Shown here piece after piece: positions 1 to 13,100 of a stretch of DNA of 64,000 bases. Position 1 is the stretch's first letter. Every line of letters starts with the position of its first letter. Position numbers and translations under genes: made by a program. The DNA is from Takakia lepidozioides (taxonomy: Eukaryota; Plantae; Bryophyta), in NCBI GenBank assembly GCA_030704615.1, contig CM060732.1, positions 52,576,001 through 52,640,000 on the forward strand, written 5' to 3'. The notes under the pieces were generated by a model. It did not search any database and had not been told where the DNA came from. It saw only the letters and a list, made by a program, of their open reading frames with translations.

Positions 1-891
1 TCAGGCAAGCCAAAGCGAAAGCGGAACGGCCCGAAAGATGATGATCTTGGTGAGCCCGATGGGGGTGACGTGTCACCGAAGCGGCCATTTCAGGAAGCGA
101 TGCATGCCTTTGGAAACGAGGCCACTCAAGGACGGGAGGAATCTGAGGAGTCGGAGCCCGAGGAATCCCTGAGAGCTCCGACAGACCAACAGATGCCTCC
201 TATGCAAGCAGCCTTTTGGGAAGGGTTGTTGGCGCAGTTTGGTGGGACGTTGAAAGACGTGTTGAAGACAACTAATGCCACTTCCACTAAGGCAAAGTTT
301 AAGGTGAAGCCTAAGGAACCCGACACCTTTGAGGGCGTCCGAAATCGGAAGGCACTCAACACCTGGCTCTTGGAGTTAGAGCAGTACTTCTAGGCGGCCA
401 AGTTGGATGACGAGGATCGGGTGGAAGTGGCTCCCACCTATTTGAGGGGCTATGCTCAACAATGGTGGCAGAAACGCCTTCACAACCGAGGTCCAAACCC
501 GGAGACCTTGAACTGGAGTGGGTTCAAGGAACTCATGAAGAGACAGTCTGTGCCCCTCAACGCGTCCTGGCTCGCCCGGGACAAGATGAGGAATTTGAAG
601 CAAACGGATGACATTTGGGGATATGTTCAGGCTTTCAATGTGCTGTTGCTCGAAGTCGCGGACATGACAGAACCAGAAATGGTCTTCAACTTTGTGGCGG
701 GACTAGCCCCATGGGCTAGACGGAAGTTGGAGGAGAAGCCACCTAAGACTTTGAACGAGACAATTGAAAAGGCTGAATGTTTCTCGGATGTCCCTAGGGG
801 CGAAAGACAAGGCCGTACGGAGCTGAACCACAAGAAGGTCCAGCGGGAAGGTGACTCCTTCTGACCGGAAAAGAAGTGGGATAGGCCACGC
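1..891 (+). pseudogene. Ty3/gypsy retrotransposon gag fragment
   Basis: ORFs 70..393 and 403..864 are in one frame, separated by a TAG. They read KPKEPDTFEG...WLLELEQYF*...YLRGYAQQWW...W..FK...LKQT..I..Y...F...F..GL, a typical retrotransposon Gag. Truncated at ~891 by the duplicated MULE segment. Confidence 0.85.
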
Positions 892-945
892 CACAGCAAT
901 CTCCTTCCAGGCCAGCATACTTCTCATCTCCCCCATGTTTTCAAG

Positions 946-2983
946 ATGTCTGTTGCTGGTCCCGGGAGTGGTGTTGATCTTGTGCGTTGCATGAGTGAGG
1001 GGGATCTACGCACAAGTTGGGTAGTATTTGACCATGTCAAACGCATCAAGGATTGGACAACTCTTGCGTGTCATGTCTATGAACCATATGTCAAGCGAAT
1101 GATGACCATTGCCATTTGCGATATGAAAACAGAGGATGCAGATGCTCAGGTGTTATTCTGGGAGATGATCAATGAACAAGCAAAACTTGCTAGCTTGAAC
1201 AAACTCAATTTTGCTGGCTTCATGGCGGATGCAGCAGGAGCGAATTGGGCTGCTGTTCGAAGGGTTTATGGATCTGATCCCAATGTACCAATGGAAGGTA
1301 AAGAAAGAACATGTTTATATCATTGGGCTGAAAGCCTCCGAAGACACACCAACGACTATATCTTGGACTTCCGTGAAAGGCACACTCAGCTCTGTTATGA
1401 ATGGAAAGATAGTGCTACCTTGGAGGATGCTACAACCACATACATTGCAATTCGGGCTTGGTGGATCTCTTCAGGAGCATGCACAAAAAAGAGTCTGCCA
1501 AAACTAGATTCATGGCTTGCATGGTGGCACTACAGATATCGAATGTGGGGCCAATGGATGAGAGAGAACATGGATGTGGAGGCAGATGCAGATATGCCTA
1601 CCACTAATTTGTCTGAGGCAGTCCATTCTGCTTGGTGGAAGACAGCAGGCAATGGGAAAAAAATGAAGGTGGATCTATATGAGGCCACCATGCATGACAT
1701 GTCACGAGCTCTTTTGCAGCAGGCAACATTTTACAGGCACACTACAGGAAAGACATGGGGGACGGGGCCCGACAAAGAGGAGCTCATGTTGCGTCAAACA
1801 GCTAGATCTAATAGCCCAGCCAAAATGGGTAAGGTTGTACGTGGCATAGTAGCTGGAACACCCATGCACACAAGGGGGGTTCAATTGGAGGGAGACAATC
1901 GCACTATTCCAGTCAAACGCAAGTTAGGCGATGAGCATGGTGTGCCAAACGAATCTTGGAGGTGTGATATGAATGTAAAGACTGTTCCAGTGCGCGCCAC
2001 TGGGATGCCCAATCCACACCAGCCATCTAGGTTTGTCAGCTCCAAATCAAGTCATGACATTCCTGGTTCTTCGACTTTCTGTGAGACAAATCCACATGTT
2101 GCTATCCCTCCTCAGCCAATGCAATGGGGAAATCCAGTGAGAGAGACACAAGACTTTTCCGATGCATTGTTCAAGATTCAGCGGACAGGTCCTGCTTCCA
2201 TGGTTCGTTGTTCTGCCTTGGTTGGAGTTTCCAAAGATAAATGCAAAGCGCTCATCAAGAAAGGTAAAGGAAGTCATGCACCTTGCTTCACTGGCAAGTT
2301 ACTAGCACCGAACATGAAAGAACCAAAACTGCAAGTTTTTTGGTTTTGCCCCACAGATGTTTTGTTGTGTGTTGGAGGGACCGTGCCATCCTATTGCTTG
2401 GGAAAACCGGGTATACCTAACGTGTGGCCTGTGAAGGTTGGAACCAACCTTACACAAGAAGAGGTGGACAACTTGACCCTTGCAGGTTTTCGACTAGTCC
2501 ATCCTCCCAACGTTCCTGATCCGAACTTTCCTGTGGGACCACTTCCAGTGGAACAACATATGCATCAAGGTGTTGTCCTTCCTGTGGGTAAGTATCCCAC
2601 TACACGCTATGGGGTGCGCATTCGGCGTCGGGATCCGACTCCTCGACACTTGAGTCGCCAAGAGTCAGCGGAGACTCTTATTGCTGAGGTTCCTGGATTT
2701 AGAAACGTGCCTCAGCCAGATTATGGGAGAATTTACCAGCTACAAACAGAGGGATCTACCAGAGCAGGATTGGTTTACAATGTATACATTGGTCAGTTTC
2801 CATCTTGTGATTGTCCCGACTTTGATGAGCTATCTGTCAAGAAGAAAAAACAAACATATCTACCTTTACTTCATGTACAACATGCATCTAGGATGCGCCG
2901 GGGCTTATGAGATCCACCAACCTTCCCTTAGCCAGTTAGAGGTTAGGGCTATGCTAAAGAAGGACCCTAGTTCAACTTCTTAG
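946..2983 (+). pseudogene. 5'-truncated copy of the MULE/SWIM transposase
   Basis: Matches the C-terminal ~680 aa of 40896..44438. It lacks the N-terminal domain, has a 3-bp deletion (ILEDF to ILDF), and an 11-bp deletion (gtaagcacatg) removes the SWIM CxH and shifts the frame. Confidence 0.93.
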
Positions 2984-4462
2984 TGACACATTAAATGCAC
3001 AAAAAAAGAACCTCTAACTTGTGCCGTTCATTTTCATGCATATGACATGTAATTATCTTGTTACTACTTTATTCCAAACATGACACATAGCATTTGTTAG
3101 TACAAAAGTTCCTATTTTGGTTAAAATGGAACTTGTGTACCTGTCATACAAGTTTTCAAATTATAGAACTGCTTGGCATTACAAACAGACATGCAATGTG
3201 GTGGTTCCAAACATGACACATATGCATTTGTTAGTACAAAAGTCCATATTTTGGTTAATATGAAACTGTTTTCCTTGAATACAAGTTTGCAAACTATTAC
3301 TTTGGCCAGGGATCTTGTATTCTCTTCAGTTTAAGGTGGTGCATTAGTTGGAGTTAGTGGTCACATGCATCTTTGACCATTGACTACTGATTTTGTTAGC
3401 TAAGATTTTTATTTTATTTTATTTTATATACATATGATGTAACATTTGTATATGCAATAAATACGTCATATTCTATGTTATATAACTCCACTGCATACAA
3501 TCTACAGTGTGTGCATACAAATTTGTCACATGCATATATAATAAGGGATTTTGTGCATGCATGCACGCAACCTGTGCATATGGAATAGCAACCCCCCACA
3601 TGTGGACCTGTGCTTTGGAGGCACACACGCTTTTGTTTATGCACATTTTGAGTAGTAATGATTATGTACGCTTGAAGGTTAAGAAAATCTTCATCGAACA
3701 CTTCACTTGTCGTAATTTTCTCCTCTCCAAATCCTCTGCTGTGTTGTATTGAGCTCAATGCGTCGAGCTCTGCTGGCCTTAATAACGAGCCCCGGTTTTG
3801 CATTGATGGACAACTGTTAAAGTTTGATCATCCTGCACTCAATTTTGCAAAATCCACACCCTTGTTAGCAACCTTCTCTGCCCTTAAACCACCTTTGCTC
3901 CCACCTCAAAGCTACTTGTCCTGCCTAATGGAGTGTCCTTATCACTTTTCCTTGAGATCTTTTGTTTCCAGATTGATCCACGAGTTGGTCTAGCCGTGCC
4001 TTCAGGACAGGCAACAAACCTACTGAGTTGACACTTCCATGGAGATGAGGCTATGACAGAGGCTTAGTTGTGCCCCTTTGGTGGAGGTGCTAGCCCAAAA
4101 TGGTCTTTGAGCTCGCAACGCTAATAACCATGGTTTGGAGGGGATCAGTGTGGAGCCAAGCGTCTTAATTGACAACATCTGAGACAAGTATTCTATGAGA
4201 GAGGAGGAGTGCCAGCCCCAGGGAATAACAAACCAGACCATCTTCAAGTATACGAGTAAAGGAAAAGATGGACTCTCCGAAAAAGGATACAAAGATAGTA
4301 CATGACAAAGTTGTCAAACATGCAAGCAACAAGCATGCCAATTAAGGACCTGGAGTTTTCCGGAATCCACAGTCGCGTACAATACCCAATGGTTTCCGGT
4401 CTCCAAGTGGGTTCTTACTGTACACTCCATCCAAGCTATCTGTCAAGCAACATGCCCATATG

Positions 4463-4647
4463 GGTTTTGCGCCACTTACAGCTTCATCAAGTTGTATCTC
4501 CAGCATACATCTTGGAGAATGTGCCACTGATGGACGATTCTCGGGCCAGGGTGATGGCCAGTGTGCATCAAGTCCGGTCGTGGCTTGGGTCAGCAGTATT
4601 GCTGGATGCAGCTACAGTGGGGTCACAAGCTCATCGTCCACGGCTAT
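4463..4647 (+). pseudogene. C5-cytosine DNA methyltransferase fragment (duplicate copy)
   Basis: YILENVP (motif VI) and LLDAATVGSQAHRPRL (motif VIII), cut by an LTR start TGTCGCGG at 4648. Confidence 0.75.
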
Positions 4648-5124
4648 TGTCGCGGCCCTTTGCCTTGAGGGCAGGGGGTCGGGTCGCAAAGGGGCTGCCC
4701 CTGTGGTGGGGGCGGTGGCAGCAATAGGTACTGGGGGCTGAAGCAACCTCGAGTGCCCAAGGCACTCGAGGAGGCGGAGGCACTCACTAGGTGGAGCCCC
4801 GCACACCGGGTTGCGGTGGGGGTGGCTCCACAAAGGGGTGGTGGTGCTGCAGCTCCAGTCCAAGTCCAGGAAATAGAAGCTGCAAAACAAACAAACCTGA
4901 CCAACATTGATGCGCCAAGCGACTCCTACAAATCAAAGAACTTATCCAAAAGAAAACCAACACTACTCTAGTATGATCTTTTCCATGCCAATATAACATG
5001 AACAGACAAACCAAAGTGTTCATGCAAAGACAACGATAAATGACCCGGTTAGATGTGCCGGACAAACTCACCCCCTCGTCATGCACAGTCCCGAGATCAC
5101 TGCAGCATGCCACATCAATGAATT

Positions 5125-5670
5125 TCAGTACTTTGGCCTTCTCGTTGCGCCTTTAGGCTTTCGAGGGTGGCTGTGACGTGCAACAAAGCAGCGTCCCAAA
5201 TAGCAAGGGATATCTCCGCATATACCACAAAAGTATCTTTGCCTCTTCCCACACTCAACACATTTCCTTCTCCGTGAATCCTTCATGGAGAAATGAACAG
5301 CCCCCGGGTTTGGTACATCCGCCCCCGCCATCACTGTTCTCCTGAGACCAGCCCACCCTTCCATTAGACCTTTGGCAACCTCAATGTTGAATAGCATATG
5401 GCACCGAGGAATCATGCCCCTAGCTTTCATGAAAGCCACGTAGAGTACACAGGAATTCAAGAATGATGTATCCACTGCATGAAAATAGAGCCTATGCCAC
5501 CACTTATGGTCATGGGTATGAACCGAGTAGTAACCCCTCAATTGATCCTCCCTCTCACCATTTCCTGGTAATGTTCCGCAACATGAGAGGTGGGTACATG
5601 GCGACGAGCCCCTCTATGCCCTATGAAATGGTTGGCTGCAGCAGTGCTGAGCAAATTCACACACTTAGCC
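5125..5670 (-). mobile_element. piggyBac-like transposase C-terminal fragment
   Basis: KCVNLLST...HYQEMVRG (frameshift) ...LRGYYSV...KWWHRLYFHAVDTSFLNSCVLY, then RRRKCVEC...FCGIC...PC...CF...H. This matches the piggyBac DDD tail plus C-terminal Cys-rich domain. Confidence 0.75.
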
Positions 5671-5774
5671 ACGTCCCTTGTGACACATTGGGAGCTACGA
5701 AGGGAATAAGAAACATGAGGTGGTTCAGAACCCAAAGCTCCTAACTCTTCAAAATCAAAGGGCAGGTTGGTCGC

Positions 5775-6329
5775 TTACCTTGCAACCTTGCAAGGCTCTT
5801 CAGCCTCATTGGGACTAGAAGAGCTAGGCTGAAAGTCAGGCCACACAGAGAAGCGAAGGAGATTGTCTACCTCGGTAGAAAAACCTGTAGGAACTTTCCT
5901 TTGAACCCAGCCAAGAATCTTTGCTGCTTGGCGACGCCACAGGTGGCGGAAATTAGAAGGCATAGGGAACGATGGCCATGACACCCCGGCAGGACGCTTC
6001 AACTCCAACAAATAGTCCTCGTTCAAACAACCTTGAAGCTTGGCAATCTGATCGATAGAGGCGCCCAAACCTTTGGCCCACACAGCGATGGCCTCTGCCT
6101 CTTTCTGCAAGTGCCTTGGTGCAGGGGGGGGAGAATTGGCCGACCCCATTTGCTCGGCGTCTGCCTCTTTCTGCAAGTGACTTGGTGCAGGGGGAGGAGA
6201 ATTGGCCGACCCCATTTGCTCTCTACTTCTAAATGCAGCTCTGACAAACCTCCACGAAGTGAATAGGCTCGCTCTGTTTCCCCCTTGGCGCTCCTCCTGC
6301 AGCGACTTCAATGCGACGGTGAGCAGCAA
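5775..6329 (-). CDS. Unknown ORF/exon with an internal 66-bp tandem duplication
   Basis: 184-aa ORF with EQMGSANSPPPAP(S/R)HLQKEA twice. It ends at an AG|GTAAG donor near 5779 and is divergent from the SET gene. Confidence 0.35.
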   Translation of the reverse strand: MLLTVALKSLQEERQGGNRASLFTSWRFVRAAFRSREQMGSANSPPPAPSHLQKEADAEQMGSANSPPPAPRHLQKEAEAIAVWAKGLGASIDQIAKLQGCLNEDYLLELKRPAGVSWPSFPMPSNFRHLWRRQAAKILGWVQRKVPTGFSTEVDNLLRFSVWPDFQPSSSSPNEAEEPCKVAR

Positions 6330-6973
6330 AGAAACACAATGACACGACGCAGCTCGAGCTGAAGAAACACGCGGTGGCGGCTGGAGCTGAGGTCTTCCTG
6401 CGCGAGATCCGCTTTCAGATCCGTTTCAATCCTCAATCCTCAATTCATTTCAATCCATGCAGAGACCCGAAAGTTATTAAGAAGAATCTGAGGCCAAAGG
6501 CCCAAAATGGGCCTAGTGGGCGTTTAGGGGTTAAGAGAGAGATCGAGGAGTAAATATAGGGAGGGCAACCAGTGAAAGGGTATGAAGCACGAAAGGACAC
6601 CGCGGTGAAAGGGTGAGAGAGAGGGAGCCTGTGAAAGGGGAGAGAGATGGGAAGGATAATATTAGGCGAGAAGGTAGGCTGTAACTCAAACAAAACAAAT
6701 TCAAGATTGACAAGCTGATTATGCACGAAGTTAGCCAGCCCCTGTACAAGACACAACAAACTGCAGTACTTGCAGAACTGAAAGGATGTTGAGAGTTTCG
6801 AGCGACCTCCAACTCCCTAGTCCTGAAGTCCACACAGATACCCACAACAACAAACTAAAGACCCAAACTCCAATGCCAGTGCACAGATGGCAACAGAGCA
6901 GCTCCGTGCTTCAAAAGTTCAAGAGGCAAGCTCGAGGGAGCATCTTCAATAGCAGAAGAAGAAACTCTCCGCA

Positions 6974-9602
6974 ATGACTACACCTGTGCGTGGGCGCAAA
7001 GCTGTACCTATAGACCATAGGCGTAACAAAATTGTGTCAACTATCATGGACGCACAAAAAAAGGTGGACAAAAAGCTCACTTGGAAAACTGCATACCATA
7101 TCACACCCGACAAAGTGAACCGCTTCATGGAGCAGAAGACATGCAAGTGCCAACCTCCTGACATCAGAGGAATCTACCAATGTCAGTTCGGCTGCAAATG
7201 TGATGAATTTCGCAAAACCTGCGGCATAGACTGCGCCTGTGAGGGAGTGTGTGCGTTTAACAGCTTCGTGAACATCCCTGAAACGGCTGTGAGAGAAGGT
7301 CTTATAGGACAGGAACTCTTTGCTGCTGAAGATATTGACATAGGCAGAATTGCCTACATTTCCACTGGGGCACTCAAAAGTATGCAGCAATACTCAAAAG
7401 AGAGTCGAGGTAAGCAGCCTAACTTGTATGCTATCACTGCCATATGGTGCGGAGAGGAGATTGGCCTGCCAGGCAAGGCAAGAGAACCCACTTTTGTGAT
7501 TGATTCATTCAATGAAATTGCGGGAGCAGTGAATCACAGTTGTGATCCCAACACAGAAGTATACGAAATGTCAGCGTCTACTGTATCTCCAAATCCATTA
7601 CTTGTTTTGATCTGTTGTTACGGTCCAATCCTTCCTTAGCTATGAATTTGCACTAATTATGACTGTCACAGTAACAGGCAGTCTATGAACCAAATCTGGA
7701 CCTTGCCCATAATTTTTGAAGGTCTACAGATGTTATGAAAAAAGTGGGAGATGCCCCAAAGCACTCCCTTCCCACCAAACCTGAAACTAGGACAGACATA
7801 ACTATCCTGTTCATGGATACCTAGATACTGGCTCAAGGCGACAATTGACAAAACAATAGAGGTTACTGGTATTAACTTCCTTTCACTTACAAAAGAGCCT
7901 TAAACCCTAAACCTGTCTGGCACACTATAACTCCGGTGTGACCCAACTCACCATAACACTGTTGTGGGTCTGAACTCTGAACCTGCAATACCAAAGAGAG
8001 ACAGTGATTGAGACACAGACTGACCTTCTGTATCTCTACATGCAGATGGCAAATAACAGATTGTATTGATTATATGCAGATGGCAAAGTAACAGATTGTA
8101 TGTTATTGGAAGGACTTTGAAGTATGTTTTCAAGGGCGATTCGATCACTTATGACTACAAGTAAGTTGTGAGGAGAAGAGATATACTAGCGATAATCAGG
8201 TCTACATGGCAGCTCCATGCAGTCTCATGTATGCTACACAACCTAGGCCCTTGATAAACTAATACCAATCTTCAAAGGATGGAGCTGAGCAAGAACAAAG
8301 ATTATGTTCGATTTGAGAGGATGTAAGAGGTCATGAACTAAATTGTAAGTGCATTGTTTCAGGTGGACATATAACAGCGACACCATAGAATTTGCTGAAA
8401 TGTGTAGGTGTGGAGCTCCAGACTGTCGAGTCTTTATTGCTAACATGAATCCTTTACTGCTGAGGAAAAGTACCGAGCATTATATAAAAGAGTTAAAAGA
8501 ACTCGAGGTTCACAATGCCATAGAGGTGGAGAGGCTGCAAAATCTCACAAACATGCTGCATCAAAAATGCACAAAGTTGAGTGCACAGGAGCAGTATGAA
8601 GTGGAGACACTCAAACAAGACCATTTCAATTTCCGTTTGACAATGAGGGAGTATCAGTTTATTAAAAAGGGCTTACACACAGCACTTAGCATTGAATTGG
8701 AAGATTCTGGAGAAACCTGCAAATCACAGATGAGCACACCAAACCCCAAAACAAGCTGCATGCAAATGAGTGGACCAATGGAGTTGCTTGGGAGTGATGA
8801 ATTGGAACAGAGGTTGGCTAGGGCGCTTCGTAAAGAAGGACTTCCAATGAGTATACGGATTCCTTATAGACTCAAAGAAAATGAGGACTACACCCTGATG
8901 CCCAAATCCACAGTAGATGGCTTGTTAGAATTGGTCGTTAAACCAGAACCGGACAATTTACTTCTAAAAGTATGCAAAGGCTCCGCTGGGTTGTTGTGGA
9001 AACCAGTTCAGCTGGGTACGTCCATGGTCCATTCCCGCAATGGTGGGCAACAAGAGAGTGAAGTCTCCAAACCATCAAAGTTGCTTTCAAGCATTCTGGA
9101 GAGAAGTGCACCTCTGCTTCAACAAGCTATTCTGTCGGAATCCTCGGATGACGCTATCCCAAAAGATGCTCAAGAATGGGGAGAAGGGCTATTTTCAACA
9201 GATGAAGTAATAAGAGTCCTCCGATGGCTCGACAGAAATATGCATGCAAGAGGAGATGCCAGCCAAATCTCCCCTTGGCCTGGTGTAAAGACATGGGCAT
9301 TTTGGCTGCACCAGAACACCCGGAAACCAACACCAATAGAGCTTGATAAACACAAAGTGACCTGGACAGGCATAACCACACAAACTCTTCGGGCTGCAGG
9401 CACAGGACAAAAGGTGAGCAATAAAACAAAGCCTAGTGCAAAGGAAGTGGCAGCCCTGTTAAGTGATGTGTTGACATACGTGCCCTTTTTGTTTAATCGA
9501 CAACAGCTGGCAGAATCCAAGAAGCAGGGGCATATATGGCGTATCGTGTGGAATCATGATGACAAACTGCCTGGAGATCCCCACAGGAAAACTGCAGGGT
9601 AA
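6974..9602 (+). CDS. SET-domain protein (Cys-rich pre-SET/AWS-like, SET, post-SET, long unknown C-terminus); exons 6974-7569, 8080-8160, 8363-9602, ~638 aa
   Basis: GQELFAAEDI...VNHSCDPN (exon 1), RLYVIGRTLKYVFKGDSITYDY (exon 2, not in the ORF track), CRCGAPDCR (exon 3). Both GT-AG introns are phase 2 and join in frame with no stops. Confidence 0.85.
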
Positions 9603-10124
9603 CTTGGACTCTGGCAGCACTCTATCCCAGACAACGACAAAAGCTGCTCCAACCCATCCCTCTACCTGGAACTTTCCTTGAATTTTCCTTGAATTTCAAT
9701 CAATCCAACAGTCCATGGATGCCTGGTGAGTATACCTTGTGAAGATGTCATCCGCAATTCATTGTCCATAAAGTCTTCCAACCTACAGCACCTCCTACTG
9801 AAGAAAAACTTCCGCCCTCTTAGATAAAGGCCACTGCAATTTGCTAAACTACTCCGGTGTATCTAGTCATCCACACCTTGCCAAAAACCTTGCCACCGGC
9901 CAAAAAACCTGACATTCCTGCCAACACACTGCTCAAATTTGGCCTGAAGTCAATATACCAGATTCTTGAATGTTGTTTTTGACATCTGGCTTTGCTCTAG
10001 TAGAATCTGAAAACGTAACTTTCCGATTGCCAACCTGCTTTTCAGACTTCAAATATGCATTCATTTGAAAGCACATCTTTCTTTTTCTGAAGTGACACCA
10101 ACAACTCACACAACAAGCCCCTTG

Positions 10125-13100
10125 CTATCTGTATTGATGCATGAGATACTCCAGGGCCAAATGATATGTGCCCACTAGAGCAGCAGCAGCAAGGCCTTGT
10201 TGAGCTGTACGGATGCCCAGTCCTCTCCACAACAAAGGCTGATCAAATGGAGAGATCCCTGCTGTTCGCTGGAACCAGCTGCCAGGCTTGATCCATTTGA
10301 GTAACTTCCTCTCCATTGCTACAAACTGCAATCATAATCGCCCATACAAAGAGAATGAAGGCAAGGACATCAAACAAGGTCAAGATTTGGCTAGGAAAAC
10401 ATGCAAGTTAATATTGCTGCACAAACACATCCATTACTACTAAGACCAGTGATCAGATGGCCTCTAAAGGTTGCAAGCTCTGCTTCTGTCTCTTTATAAG
10501 AATAACTTGGAAAAATGTATGGGTGTTACCTGAGGAAGGACAGTAGCTTGAGTCCTAGTCATAGCAGTGTCGAGTGTATGAGATGCAACTGCAGCTCCAG
10601 ATGCAGCAAGACCAGCAGTCACACTCAGTTGCCATGGTTTTAATGGATCCACTTCTTCGAGAGTGCTGGTGACCACACAGACGGCACATTGCATGCAGTG
10701 AGTCTTTGCCTTTTACAAGGGCTACATGTAAGACGTAATAAGAACAGAAAGCATACCATGCCAGCATGAAATTCACACAATTGCTCCTCCTCCAATTCTT
10801 GTTCCAGGTGTGTGCTGCACCTTGCCTGCTTTACCTATCCTATGAGTACACAATCATAACAAGAGCATGACATCAAAAGCCAAGCAGATAACCTGGGTGG
10901 GTGATCCATGTGAAACGCCTTCCACTCCAGCACAAGATCACACAAAAAATGCCAACTGCCAAAGAAAACCCCACCATATGACGCATTTCGAAATAACCCT
11001 GATCGCAGCCCTCTCCAGAGCACATTCCACCCTTCTAGTTGAATTGCCCCCCTGAGGCCCACTACATCTCCGACAAGTGGTGGCTTCCCAGAGCCTGTTG
11101 CCAACCAAGGATAGTCTTGGAGAGCCGCAACCATGTTTGGGTGCTTTGCTGGTAGGCCAGCCAAGCAACTGCTAACCTGGGTCCAGCGAGCCTTGTTTAG
11201 TGCACAAGTAAAGCTCAGGTCTGGAGCTGGGGTGACACGTGCCACCTGGGCTCGCAATTTGAGGAAGTCAAAAGGAGCGGCTATGAAAGACTCTAAAGAC
11301 CCTGCAAACAGGCCTGCAAGACAAGCTTCTGATACTGTGACATAGCTGGAGCTTCGCCCATCTGTGAGACATGCCACAAAACATCTGTTATTACATCTCT
11401 ACCTCTTCCAATCAGTTGTTGGTTAGTCTTTTCCCCTGCCTCCATACTCCTTCCTTCTTACTCTACATCCCCCATACCCTGACTGCAATAATGCATATGC
11501 AAGTTCCTGTAGAGCACACATTTGTTAACTGCATAAATGTAAGTACATAGCTGACGGTATTTATGAATGTGAGATCAGTTTGCAAAGCGCATGGACGCAA
11601 CATCTGGCTTCCACTCAGCTGATCAAATACACTAACAGGAGGAAATAGTGTGAAATAATGAAGTAGAAGACCAAACCGCCATCGCCCACCTCAAAACTCC
11701 ACACATATCACAATACACAGTTTACAAGCATGACACCACACTGGACCTACCAGAACCCTGACCCATACGTAATTTAGATGACTATCGTCACTAGAGAAGC
11801 CAACAAACAAGCCATTGCCTCCATAGCCCATACCAAAGTTCACATCCGGAATGGACCCAATCCACGGTATTCAATCACAAATTATCAAACTGTTTCTGGC
11901 ACACAAGAGCTGCAACTGATGCACAAATCAAATGAACACTCAAATTCAGATACGCTCAATATACGGGACATCAATGCAAACACATTTTCTGGCCACATCT
12001 ATACCCTTCTCCATACACTGCCCCATATGCTGCAAACCCCACTTTGCATATGACCGTTGGCCACACCTTCTCACCCACCCTATCATACATGGTCTTCACA
12101 TTACCCGACACAATCACGCAGTTTGGCATATTCATAAACACACAGAAACTAGATGGTTATTAACGTTGGGACCTACCAGGGTCGGTCTCCGGACCACACA
12201 AACCCACATGGTTACTCCCATGCCCTTGCCCCGCTTCCTATGTCAATGCCCCGCTAGACTATGCCCGGACATATAACTCGTCTCATGAGACACATAAAAA
12301 CTAGATGGTTCTCACGCAATTAGCCAACGAGCATGGAACACATGACCACTTATCGTCATCACTGCAGGCACCCCCGCAATTGCACACAATGATAATATCA
12401 ATGCTTTACATAACAACTTCACCACTCTAATCACTTCCATTCACAAATGCTTTAAAGATATCGACCTCCGCTCCTTCACAACCATCATCACTAACAAACG
12501 CAAGCTAGAAACCAATCCCTGCGTGGCTACCGCGCTTGAGATCTTACCATTCCCAAAAGTGGGGAGTAGCTGCAAGGCAAAGTGGCTCTTAGTTATGCTG
12601 GCTCTGGCAGGAGTCTTCTCTCTCTTTAAAAACATGAAGCACACCCATATTCATCTTTCCCATACAGAACAAAATACAACACATCCCCCAAAGAAGAAAA
12701 AGGAGCGAGGTTGAAATTGACCAGTAATGAAGGCTGAGCTGAGCTCATATACTCCAAAACGTATGCCCAGCACAGGCAATCTTCCAAGCAGCTGCCACCC
12801 TACCCCTCCATACAGCCCTGCAACAGACAATTAAACATTAGAAAATAATCCAATCCAAAAAGAATATTCAGACTGAGCAGGCAACACTATGACCTATTGC
12901 CCAGGCATTGTAAATTCACCACTTCTGTGGTCATTGAATGGACTGTTGTTGGGATACAGAAGGAGTGATTTGATAGTGATTTGATCTCTTTCTGTTTGTC
13001 TCTCTTAGACATTGTGAGTAGCAATGCAACCACTCAGATCGTCATAATTCTTCATCGCCGGAAACAACCTCCCTATTTCTAGTATGAAGTGAAAGCTACT

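Larger units (their letters stand above)
892..4845 (+). repeat. Direct duplication of 42333-46299 (3' part of MULE transposase, element end, DNMT fragment, first ~200 bp of an LTR)
   Basis: Near-identical to 42333-46299. Both start at cacagcaatctccttccagg and end at caaaggggtggtggt; flanks differ on both sides. Confidence 0.95.
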
